DNA of 64,000 bases from Ruditapes philippinarum. Its lineage: Eukaryota. Location: the NCBI RefSeq assembly GCF_026571515.1, contig NW_026855141.1, forward strand, positions 62,001 through 126,000. The letters run 5' to 3'. Shown here one piece after another: positions 39,901-50,713 of this stretch (positions are counted from its first letter, which is position 1; each line of letters starts with the position of its first letter). The position numbers and the translations under genes were made by a program. The notes beneath the pieces were generated by a model. That model saw only the letters and a list, made by a program, of their open reading frames with translations, searched no databases and was not told where the DNA came from.

Positions 39901-42071
39901 AATTTTCAAGCACAGTAATTCCCGAATGGTCGAAGGTTTCTAATATTGTTTTATTGTATTTTCTGATCGAAAATAACTAAATACAAAGCGGACATTCAAT
40001 CTCTGACACAGAAGTTTACAACAAACCTAACAACAAGTAGTTCTCAAAACAGCTTAAAACTAGCGATTTAAAAGAAAGAAATATTTTATTTTGTTACAAG
40101 TATCCAACAAATTACAACGCATTTAAAGTTAAACAATAGCGTTGGCTTATAGAATTGTCAATAAATGCACAATCACAAATTACGCGGATGAATATGATTT
40201 TATCAATGAAAATACTATTTATAACCGAATACTACACAAACCGAGTAGTGGAATATATAGATTCTACATGTCGGACTGTTTGGGCGAGAGGATTTTCGCT
40301 AAAATATTTACTGTAATTTTAAACAACAGGTTTTCCCTGAACAAAATACCTCGAAATTAATAAGGATTACAAACCCGAAATGCAATGGAAGTTCTCAATT
40401 TAGAATGACTTGATATTATTCAGACTATCTGTGTAAAACTTCTCCGTGGTACAGTGGTAACGCGCTCGCTTAGTGAGTGAGAGGTCTCGAGTTCGCATCC
40501 CAGTCGAGAAAAAAATTTTTTCTGATAAATTCTTTTTTAAGTGTTTTTGTTAAGGAAGTAGCCATGATATGCAAGGATAAAGTGTGACTGTCGTAAAAAA
40601 TGAACATAAATAATTTTTTGATGCAACTCTAGTAATGCAGAATTCCGTATGTATCAAACTCTGGTGCCTTGCAAAATGAATTATAATACATAAAAATAAA
40701 CCTATACAGGAAAATGCATACAGATATACAGTACGATTTAGATTGCAAAGATCAGAAAATACCACAGAACTTGCAGCACTTTGATTTTTTATAAATATAA
40801 ATGCTTATAGTAAGCTCCAGGATTATTTACATCTGTGTTAAACAACAGTTAAAGTCGTTACAAGCCCTAATTTAGAATAATATGGTTTTCTTCAGCCCGT
40901 TCACATATAAATTCACCGTGGCTGAAGGGTTTTCGGGCTCGCTTAGGAAGCGAGAGGTCTGGAGTTCAAATCCCAGTAAAGGTAACTCTTTTTTTTCAAA
41001 TTGTTAAAGTCAAATAAACATTGGATTGAATATCAGTGTTGCAATTAGCCTTATAGCCAATTTACTACAATTAAAACGCTGGAAAGCATTGGTGGCACTA
41101 TACATATAATCTCACAACCTGCACCTTTCTTACATTCTGAGACCCAAACAAATTCAGCACCTTCTGTGCTTTGATTTTTTTATTGCAGCGAAGAAATGAT
41201 CAGTACTTCCAGCAGATGGCGAAAATAGCAAAAGATAAGAGACAACCCGGGAACATAAAATATCGTCTGCTGAACGTTATAGATTTGAGGGCAGTAAGTA
41301 TGAAAGCAATATTTTAACTATTGTCGTCACTTTTAGTTGAAACGAATATAGAGAATTACGTTCACGTCTTTAAGGAGAAGCCACGTACATAACATAAGCG
41401 GGAACTTTACCATATAAAACCTAGAGGTCAATATATCACCACGAAATGCGCTAGTGAAGCTAAGCTCATCTCGTTTTATGCGATCCTGACTAAAGCGAGG
41501 GGAGTGGTCCTACAAGGTAGACAGTGACGACGAGAAAGGGCACCAGTGTCTACGGGCCCTTTGTACGCATTGATGGCTTAAATAGGTCTCAGTCATTTGC
41601 CTGGTACCAATAAAGTGCTTATTGCCCTCTTTACAGTGAACTACTTCCGGTTTAAAATACATTTCTTTGGCTAAAACGCGGTGGAAACGTACTCTGTGCA
41701 ATGGTCTCATAATAATTAGTTATTATTCTTGTCAAGTAGTTTCCATTCTCGTCTTTTTAAAACAAAACACATAGCGAACATAAATTCCTAACAGACGAGC
41801 GTGCAATTTACCAATAGGATTTTTTTGTTAACTATTTCTTCCGTTAGTTTCCTTTCTATTGCCCTCTATTGTATTGTTGAGGAATAACGCTATAACGCTA
41901 TACCATCGCTACATTGCTCTTAAAATCTGTATTTTTGTTTTAAATAAACTGTTTATGGTTTTGCAGAATAACTGGATCTCCAGACTACCAGTTGTTAAAC
42001 CAAAGACACTTGCTGCAGTACGAATGGATGTTGAAAAGGAAATCAGTGGCGCGGAACTTCAAAACAAATGA
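34000..42071 (+). CDS. eIF4G-derived stand-alone MIF4G-domain protein, ~278 aa, 8 coding exons
   Basis: Exons 34000-34104, 34966-35103, 35858-35914, 36483-36599, 37099-37151, 37954-38110, 41189-41293, 41967-42071 (837 nt, GT-AG, phases consistent, no internal stop). The translation is collinear with the eIF4G core: LHKAENAWKP, LRGILNKMTPE, IDTEPKLTEVVNLIFEK, EPTYSSVYTNMC, VTFRALLLTRCQ, RFIGDLY, SLQCLC, DQYFQQM, IKYRLLNVIDLR, NNW...PKT. Confidence 0.88.
34142..34461. mobile_element. MITE with ~125-bp TIRs (CACAGACG...CGTCTGTG)
   Basis: Long inverted arms; a single arm of the same family sits at ~20625-20740. No clear TSD. Confidence 0.75.
38129..38432 (+). repeat. 30-bp minisatellite, ~10 copies (TTACATATATTGGACTTGATTTGTCCTCGT)
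   Basis: Direct reading; starts ~19 bp after the donor of MIF4G coding exon 6. Confidence 0.95.
40440..40510 (+). pseudogene. tRNA-like sequence (tRNA-Pro-like body, AGT at anticodon position)
   Basis: CTCGC-TTAGTGA-GTGAG anticodon arm, AGGTC variable region, GTTCG, downstream T-run; the T-stem pairs poorly. Confidence 0.5.
40912..40985 (+). pseudogene. tRNA-Pro(AGG)-like sequence
   Basis: CTCGC-TTAGGAA-GCGAG-AGGTC-TGGAGTTCAAATCCCAG resembles eukaryotic tRNA-Pro; the acceptor and D stems are imperfect; a T-run follows. Confidence 0.5.
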
Positions 42072-42633
42072 AATCTAAATTGTACTAGAAATGCCGTGTG
42101 CTATGCATTTCCATGTGATTTGAACAAAACATACCAATTATTCCTCAATTTCCATGTGATTTGAAGGAAAACTATGGTTTTATTCCCATGTGATTTGCAG
42201 AAAGTAAACTAAAATGTGCGTCGATCCGTAGATGTTCTACAGAAATAAGTAGCTATCTCCGGTCGCAGTTTCTATATTTTATATAGAACTGAAAGGATGA
42301 ACACTAACATGTACTTATAACGATGAGTACCAATTGTTAACAGTGTCACTATAAATTTTAGGATGGCTAAGTTAATTCTCTCTATAATGCTTGTTCCCGT
42401 AGATAAATTGCAATTTTACATTATGAGTAATAAATGAAATAAAAATGCATATTTTGTTATAGATATTTTTCTCCGACAACTATTATGAATGAAAATATCT
42501 TACCTTTACTAATTATTTGTTTGTACAAAAGATTAAAAAAATTTTATAGGTCTATTTTATTCTTCTGTTGTTAAGTCAGAAGGCCATACTGAAAATAAGT
42601 ATACTTCTTACTGTGTAAACTTTGTATGTTACC

Positions 42634-42815
42634 NNNNNNNNNNNNNNNNNNNNNNNNNNNNNNNNNNNNNNNNNNNNNNNNNNNNNNNNNNNNNNNNNNN
42701 NNNNNNNNNNNNNNNNNNNNNNNNNNNNNNNNNNNNNNNNNNNNNNNNNNNNNNNNNNNNNNNNNNNNNNNNNNNNNNNNNNNNNNNNNNNNNNNNNNNN
42801 NNNNNNNNNNNNNNN
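42634..42815. other. Assembly gap (182 N) followed by a (TAT)n microsatellite
   Basis: Direct reading. Confidence 0.99.
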
Positions 42816-42826
42816 TACTAGTATTA

Positions 42827-42868
<42 letters not shown>

Positions 42869-44889
42869 GGTGTGATAATAAGTAGGAAGTGAACAGCGAC
42901 ATTTATTCAATTTTTGTTTGGTACTGCTGGTGTACACTTTTTAATAAACACGACAGCAAGACGGATACATGTCTTTGAAACGCATTTTACTTTAGGGAAA
43001 AAAACAAACAAAAAAAACACAACATATTTTATGTATTAACTTATACAATGTAGCTTAACTAGAATGATAGCACGTAACTGACGTGACGTCAAAATAATAA
43101 CGTCAGACCATATTTTTTATTTAATTTTGTTATATTTGTTTTTATGAATTTCTACTTTTATTTTGTATGAGAATATATAGAGAATATTCCAGTTTTTTTC
43201 CTATAAACACAGGATTTATTTTCATCGAGTGGAATGAAAATAAATATTTCATGAGTGGCGGTAGCAACGAATAAACCATGATAATTTTTATACCACTGGA
43301 TGAAAATAACTTTAATTTTCTGTTTATTATAAACATTTTTTCTCTTTTTTTACCTTACACTTTGAAATACTTCCTCTAAAATTTTGTGCAATGGCTGAAT
43401 TTAGAAGAAAGTAATCAAGCAAGACACCAGTTAATTAAATACGGAAAATATACGACAGTGAAAAAAATAATTTTTTTACAGTGAAAATACGGAAAATGAA
43501 AATACGCATTTTATTTCATCAATATGTCTCAATACTTCATTTATAATTATATAATTAAACTGTTTATTCATAATTCATAAACATTATATAATTATGTTTA
43601 AAGTGCACATGCACTTGTAGTGTCAAATAGAAAATTTAATAATTTCGGAACAATGACTTTCAGGTTTTTCTCTTTTTTTTTTCCATTTTTTATTTTCTTT
43701 AATTCATAGTTTTTGTATATAAAAAGGAAAACAATACCGCTCAACTATTTCAATGGCGCAAAATTCATAACATATTTTTTCCCTTACAGAAGCTGAAATA
43801 TTAGCCCGTTGTTCAAATATATCAAATATTTTGATACCTACCTATACAACTTGTCACTGTAAGCTTTCGGATTTCTCATAATTTATTGAAAGCGTACGTA
43901 TTTTTTCTATTGTCACATAACCTTGTTAAAAAGATATTGACTCTATGTATTATTAATTCTCGATTAAGTTTCAAAATTTCTTTTGATGACTTTATTACAG
44001 ATCGTCTCAATTTTTAATATTGGAATGAAATATAAAAATAACATTGAAGGTCAGTTATTGAATTTGAAACGAGCGCTTATTACTTTTGTGAAAGGATTTG
44101 AACGACACTTAAAAAAATACGCGGTCCTCTCTTAATCAGCCGATATAAAAATATTGAAAGTGTACCAATCAAATTAAATGACAAACGAAAATTACCAGTT
44201 ACTTAAACTCCGCCATTCACTAGGCACCTTTCGTATACATTTCACCGATATTTTTGATAAAAAAATTGACGTTCAACTTATCAAAACCAAATCAATACGT
44301 GTAATATCACATTAAACCGTCCGGATTTTACCCAAATTTTTGTAATCTTAATACTAAAGGAGGGTTATTACGGTGATTATTGGATATCTGAAGGAATTTG
44401 AAGACATCTAAAATCAATTAGAATAATAGCGCAAATAGATAATAAGGGGTTTCGTATACTAAAACACGGACACTGTCATACCAGGAATTCAGGTGGAAAT
44501 GATCTTTTTACAAAGTGAGAAATATCATGAAATATGTTTATATAAGAAATAACAAGGACAGAGTTATAATAAAGCTAAATTTATCTCGTTAAACAGTACT
44601 CCTCAGTAAAGAAAATACTATACTATATTCCTAAAAAAAATATAGGGAAATAAATCGAAAGTTTTCTTCATGAAAATATGGAATATATTTGTACCAGTGA
44701 AATTAAGGATGAGATTTTGACGTCGTAAAACAAACGCATAACAACACGAAATAAGCTCATAGAAAAAGGAAAAAGAGAGGGAATCTCGCAAAAATATATA
44801 TGTAGGAAGGAAATACAAATATATACCGAAGCAAACTTGTAGACCGCATAAAAAGCAGGCAATAAATCCCAGACATTAAGAGAGAAGAT

Positions 44890-45267
44890 TGTTACTTGTA
44901 GACCGCGCAAGAAGCGCGCAATAGATTCCAGAGGAAATACACTGTTACTTGTAGACCGCGCAAGAAGCGCGCAATAGATTCCAGAGGAAATACACTGTTA
45001 CTTGTAGACCGCGCAAGAAGCGCGCAATAGATTCCAGAGGAAATACACTGTTACTTGTAGACCGCGCAAGAAGCGCGCAATAGATTCCAGAGGAAATACA
45101 CTGTTACTTGTAGACCGCGCAAGAAGCGCGCAATAGATTCCAGAGGAAATACACTGTTACTTGTAGACCGCGCAAGAAGCGCGCAATAGATTCCAGAGGA
45201 AATACATTGTTACTTGTAGACCGCGCAAGAAGCGCGCAATAGATTCCAGAGGAAATACATTGTTATT
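44890..45267 (+). repeat. 53-bp minisatellite, 7 near-identical copies plus a partial copy
   Basis: Unit TGTTACTTGTAGACCGCGCAAGAAGCGCGCAATAGATTCCAGAGGAAATACAC; a decayed copy precedes it at ~44835. Confidence 0.96.
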
Positions 45268-45723
45268 TAGGACAGTACAGTAAACACCGATAAACTGAAG
45301 AGAAAGGGAATAGTGGAGTACGATTTTATCATTTAAATAATTAACAATAAATTAAACGAATTGAGATTTAAAATTAGTGCAAGAAAATGCAATAAATTAA
45401 TTTAACCAGTTCATACAAAATACCAAGTTCGCAAAAAGAACAGATTTTGAACGAAATTCACGTGTAACGAATAGTTAAAAATGAACAAAATTATGTTCAA
45501 TCAGAAGAATTCATTGAAATGAAAACACCAACATTATATTAAACTTGAAATATTTCAACAGAGTGTAAACATAAGATTATATCAATTTAGCCATGCTTCA
45601 GAATAAAATGTCAACAGAACTTCCGCTATACCTATACACTTAAACGTGTTTACGTGGTAACGACAGATTAAAATCATTTATTCTCCATACTGTTTTTTGT
45701 CAAGATAACATTTCCTTGCTAAG

Positions 45724-46698
45724 ATGGATATAAACTTGCCAATGAGCCCTCCAGTAAACAATAACATCCAGTCGAGTTTGTGTGACAGACTGGACGCCGT
45801 TGTTTTTGAAAAGATGCGTGTCGTCAACACACAACTTGACGCCCGGCTTACACTTCAAGAAAAAATCATTAATAAATATCGCAGAGACGTGGAAAAAATA
45901 CACGCGCGTCAAACTCGAAAGATAAAGCGCGAGGTGAGACAAATTCGACAAAAGAAACCGGACTATGTGTGCGATGACTCTGATATAAGTACATCTAGAA
46001 GTCAAAACACGGTTGGTACAAGTCGACAACGATGTTTAAGTGAGCCGAGCAACTTAAGTTACTGCAGGCGGTACTATTCTCATCACTTTAACGTCAAGGA
46101 GCCGGAAAAAGAAGACAAGAAGGACAAAGACGGGAAAAAGCAGGGACCTACTGACTTCTTCAACATGAGGATGAGATTATATTTCGTCAACATGATGAAC
46201 AATATTCGTCAGAGGACACATTTGCATCATGACATACCGGACGATCTCTCTTACACAAATAGAGACAGGTTAGACAGCAACGATCTAAATCTACATTCAC
46301 ATTTCCTTCCAAAACTACCCCATAATGCTAATGCAAACTATGATATTCATGAAGAGAAAGAAATATGCGGAGCGCAACAGGATGAACCAAACGAGGAAAT
46401 CACAATTCATAGCGTTAAAGAAGAGGACGATGAAAACGTTTTCAATGAAGATGATCAAATTACAGACTTTGGAGGGATGCCTGTCCTTGCTAAAACCGAT
46501 ATTATACATGAAAACCCAAGAGATATTAATGCAAACAAGTCCTGGGACGGGAATAGACGTAGACATAGAAGTAAAGGCGGCAAGTCAAGGCGTAGAAGTA
46601 TTTTAGGATCTGGATCGGAAGAAGAGGTGGTGTATAATGAAACTGAACGTAGGAAAGCAAAGCATGCCTTCGAGAAGATCTTTGCTGGCTTATTGTAA
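45724..46698 (+). CDS. Uncharacterised 324-aa protein; N-terminal predicted coiled coil, acidic/basic low-complexity C-terminal half
   Basis: 975-nt uninterrupted ORF in AT-rich DNA, GC-richer than its flanks, preceded by a splice acceptor (TTTTTTGTCAAG, 45704). No family recognised with confidence. Confidence 0.8.
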   Translation: MDINLPMSPPVNNNIQSSLCDRLDAVVFEKMRVVNTQLDARLTLQEKIINKYRRDVEKIHARQTRKIKREVRQIRQKKPDYVCDDSDISTSRSQNTVGTSRQRCLSEPSNLSYCRRYYSHHFNVKEPEKEDKKDKDGKKQGPTDFFNMRMRLYFVNMMNNIRQRTHLHHDIPDDLSYTNRDRLDSNDLNLHSHFLPKLPHNANANYDIHEEKEICGAQQDEPNEEITIHSVKEEDDENVFNEDDQITDFGGMPVLAKTDIIHENPRDINANKSWDGNRRRHRSKGGKSRRRSILGSGSEEEVVYNETERRKAKHAFEKIFAGLL

Positions 46699-49600
46699 CT
46701 GAAAGAACTGCGTGGACTTTGTAAACGATAGTTGAAGCGTTTCTGTGAAAGAAAGAAATAGACACAAGTGCTTTCCTTTCGATATGGCAGTTGATGCTTA
46801 ATAAAAACGTAGTTGCTGCTAATAACATTTTTTTTTTCCGATAAGTATTTTTCTGGTTTAGTATGAAATAAAAATAAACCACATGTTCGAGAAGATATTT
46901 GCAGGCTTAGAGGACAAACAAACTAATTTCGAAAAGATATTTGCTAGCTTATTGTGACATATAGAACAATGTTTATTATATTGATGCTAGTTAGTTGTCA
47001 TAGAAATAAAATGGGGCCAAGTGCCAAAAGTTATTTGAAGGTTATTCTGTGGTAGATGAAAAATTATAATTTTTAGGGGATATCTGCTGGATGTCGGTGA
47101 TATAAAAAATACAGCATTATCTTTAAATAATTATTTGCTGTACTGCCGGTATTTTATTAATACAGCCGGACATATACTATACCTGAATTCAGACTGTTTT
47201 GCATAAAGACAATTAATGACGGATGACTGAATACAGACTTGAAAAAACGAATGATTACTGATTGCTTTTCAATGATTAGATGCCTTCCTGAAAATATTTG
47301 CTCACTAAGATAAACTAGTACAACATTGCTACGAACGACAGTGTCTTATTGTGTATGTACAATATGAATTCGAAAACACAATTGTTGATTGTGATACAGG
47401 AGTACAACACAACTTCTAGTGGATATTTTGCGAGCTGATATTATTTATGTACGTTCGTGTATGTTTTTATGATATAAAATTAACTGTATAATTTCGGGTG
47501 TACTTAAGTCAAACATTAATTATTTAACAACTAACATTTTCTATAAAACACGAATACAAACAAACATAACTGAAGGACAATTGAATATTGTTTGTTTTCA
47601 AGACACCACGTTAAAAAAGTTCCTAAAAAGTGAAATTTCGTTTGTAGCATTTAATTGACCCGTTTTGTAATGAAAAAGAATATAATATAAACTATATTAA
47701 ATTTATTTGTGTTGTTATAAAAGCGGTTGTAACTTTGCAGTACATAAAATCTTTAAACATAACCAAACTTACACGCTGGTCTGGCATGTGACATTATCCC
47801 AATCTAAAATGTAAATGGTGAGTGTGCCTGTAAAAGTAAAAAAACTTGACATTTTGACAATTGTTTTCAATTGTGTATTCTATTTCAATAACCCACATGA
47901 CTCATGGAAAGTTCTTTAAATATCCGTAAAAATGTACATGCATCTGTTACGGTCAATTGAAAGTACTGCAGTATTTTTATATTTCAGACCTTTTTTTTTA
48001 AATTTTTGGTCAATGGCTTTTGAAATATGGAACTAATTATAAATAAAGCTTGACTTTTCAACGAGAAAATGAGCATAATGTCACTTAAATGAAGTATTAT
48101 TGATGTAACACTGGGTATTTCAGATCGTGAACCTTGTAATATGAATATATAATTTATTATATGAATACATAATTTCTTTGCATTTCATCCAAGCAATATG
48201 TACATGAAACTGTTATTAAAATGAGCACTCTTATACCTGTATACCAATTTAGCACTTGTATGTATAGGTAAAAACATATTTCTAGAAAGAACAACTTCTC
48301 TTAGTCAATTTTATAGCAAAAGAAACAATTTCACTAGTGTTTATCGCTGCATTTCTTTATTTAACAATTTGCTTAAAAGGAACAATAATTAAACCTCAGA
48401 AAAGGGTATTTTTTATCTATAGAGAAGGGGAAACATGAGTTTTATAACATCGGAATAATGGATTTAGAGGTTTTAGATGTTTATCACTTGAAAAGAGTAG
48501 CCCTGAATGTAACACTATTTGTTATAAAAATAGAAAAATGTAAACAAAGTACATGTAGTATTTTGACTTCCATACAAAATAACTACATATATTAACTGTA
48601 CTGATTATAAAAGGCAACTGCAGATGCAAAAGGTTAAGCTGGTCACTGGCAAAAGGGTAAATTCTGGAAAGTATAATATGACATTTAAAATAAGAGTTAA
48701 GATATATAAAGAAAAGCATTTCTGGGGCCTAATGGGCCTTTACACTATGTGACGAGACGCTTCATGTTTAAAGTACTCTCAGCAATTTTCCAGTAATCTT
48801 TACAAAGAATATTTCGTCCTTTTTGCTACAATTGGATTTCATTATCAAGACCATGACCATTTATCAGGAGAAACCATTTTAAAACAAATTCTATGTTTCG
48901 TTTTAAGCTTAAGACAAATAATTTCAGAGGTAACAAATTATAGCCATTATTAAATCAGCAGGTGACGGGTATATAATATATATGCAGATTACCCATAATA
49001 ATTCATCATTGATACATTATATATACATTCATCATGATTATCTGTAAACACTATAATCAATTGAAAATTAAGTAAATTATTTTTAGAATTAGATACCAAT
49101 TATTTAAACAAAATTTATCTTGTTTTGGTAGTTCGTCAATCATACAATGTAGGTAGATTTTAGATATGCAGACAAATCCTGGGTAACTGATGTATTATTA
49201 ACCAAGAAATAACCAAAGAAAATTTTGTTATCAGTTATACCTGTTATAATCCCAACTGTTGACTGCATGTTTTTCATTTTCAATACTTGACAATTATTCT
49301 GACTATGTGTACGAGTGTAAATTGACCTATTATGTATACTATAGAAAAAGTTCATTAGTGTGTATTTACAAAATTAAATTGGTCAGGCCTGGCTGTGCGG
49401 GGCGAACAATTTAATTTTGTAAATACATACCAGCTTAGTGTTCCAAGTTATTTTTATAAACAATTGATTTACTAGACTGATTAACATTTACTAATTTACC
49501 AAAGTAAATGTATTACGATTCATTTTAAATACTGAAATCCTATTGGACAAAAAATGATTTCAAACACTAAGATTTATTATCATATATAATTTGTTCCCAT

Positions 49601-50713
49601 TAATAGTTTCAGGGTAATAATAAATGTATTGCAAGTAGGTACTGGAAACTTTATAATTTATATTCATGTAGCAATGTGTATTATAATATGGTCTGGGAAA
49701 TGCTTTTCTTATTCTTGGGTAGATTTGTATAAACTAAAATTAAATTACGCAAATTACCTCCCTTTAACCTGGAAGAATTTTCCTATCACTCTTCTGTCTT
49801 TCAAAATAAAGGTAAAAATGACACTGCATCCAAATAGATCCTGAACATGTAACTGACATGTATTTTCATTATAACAAAATCTGATAATAAAACATGAGAA
49901 AAATGTGTAATGCTTTTTTATTGTTATTTATTTCAGAAAAACAAACAGTATTAAATATTTATCAAATAACAACATTATGCACCAAATGAGCTTATGATTT
50001 AACAGTACAATACACACATATTTCTATATGTATGTAGATGTATTAAACTGAGTAATACATGTATATCTACACTCATTCATTGCTTACAGCAACAAGCCAC
50101 CACATTCTTCGAAAAATGGAAAATTCCGAAACGTGAGATTCATAAAGTAAAGGAAAATCTGGAAATTATGAAATTTTTGTCAAGCTTTGATAAAAACATT
50201 ATGCCTTAGTTTGAATATAAATCTACACAACATCTGAACTCAAAAACAACTAATGACATTAGCGTTCATTTATTATTATAATGATTTCAGCATAAATACC
50301 TTGACATTTTACGATAGAGTAGTCTTTTTTACAGTTAACAAAATTTTTGCAAAAGAAAAGATCAGAAAACTAACTTCAACAATAAAAATTTACAATTTTT
50401 TCTTAACAATAAAATGGCAAGGATATGTGCAGAGAATTCAAGTATGGAGGCAACTGAAGGACAGGGTCGAGTCTAGGACACCCAATTACAACATAAGGTA
50501 AAAATTCCATGCAGGTATATGCAATCTATGATCCATAACCTTTGACCTATAGGATTTTTATTGATCACTATGAGGAAATGCTGAGTAACAAACTTAATCA
50601 CTCAAAATTTACATCATAATCTTCGCCACTTTTTTTCGAGAGTTCACTCACACTGAATGGGTAAATTCAACTTTATGGCAACAAGAATATAGTCTGTGCA
50701 GTTGCCAAGGTAA

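Larger units (their letters stand above)
39717..41175 (-). mobile_element. Helentron-like non-autonomous element carrying two tRNA-like cassettes
   Basis: Terminal hairpin TTATTTGTTTGGGTC..GACCAAACAAATAA and distal inverted copy GACCCAAACAAA...CTGTGCTTTGAT. The same termini form short internally deleted copies at 29682-29817 and 33311-33443. Confidence 0.65.

Noticed and set aside
42576-42902. ORFs spanning X runs
   Set aside because: Artefacts of the N gap and the (TAT)n repeat.
44890-45267. CRISPR-like appearance of the 53-bp array
   Set aside because: Units are contiguous and near-identical with no unique spacers, there are no cas genes, and the context is eukaryotic.
45724-46000. CCDC190-like assignment for the 324-aa ORF
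   Set aside because: Only a generic coiled-coil resemblance; it needs an HMM search.
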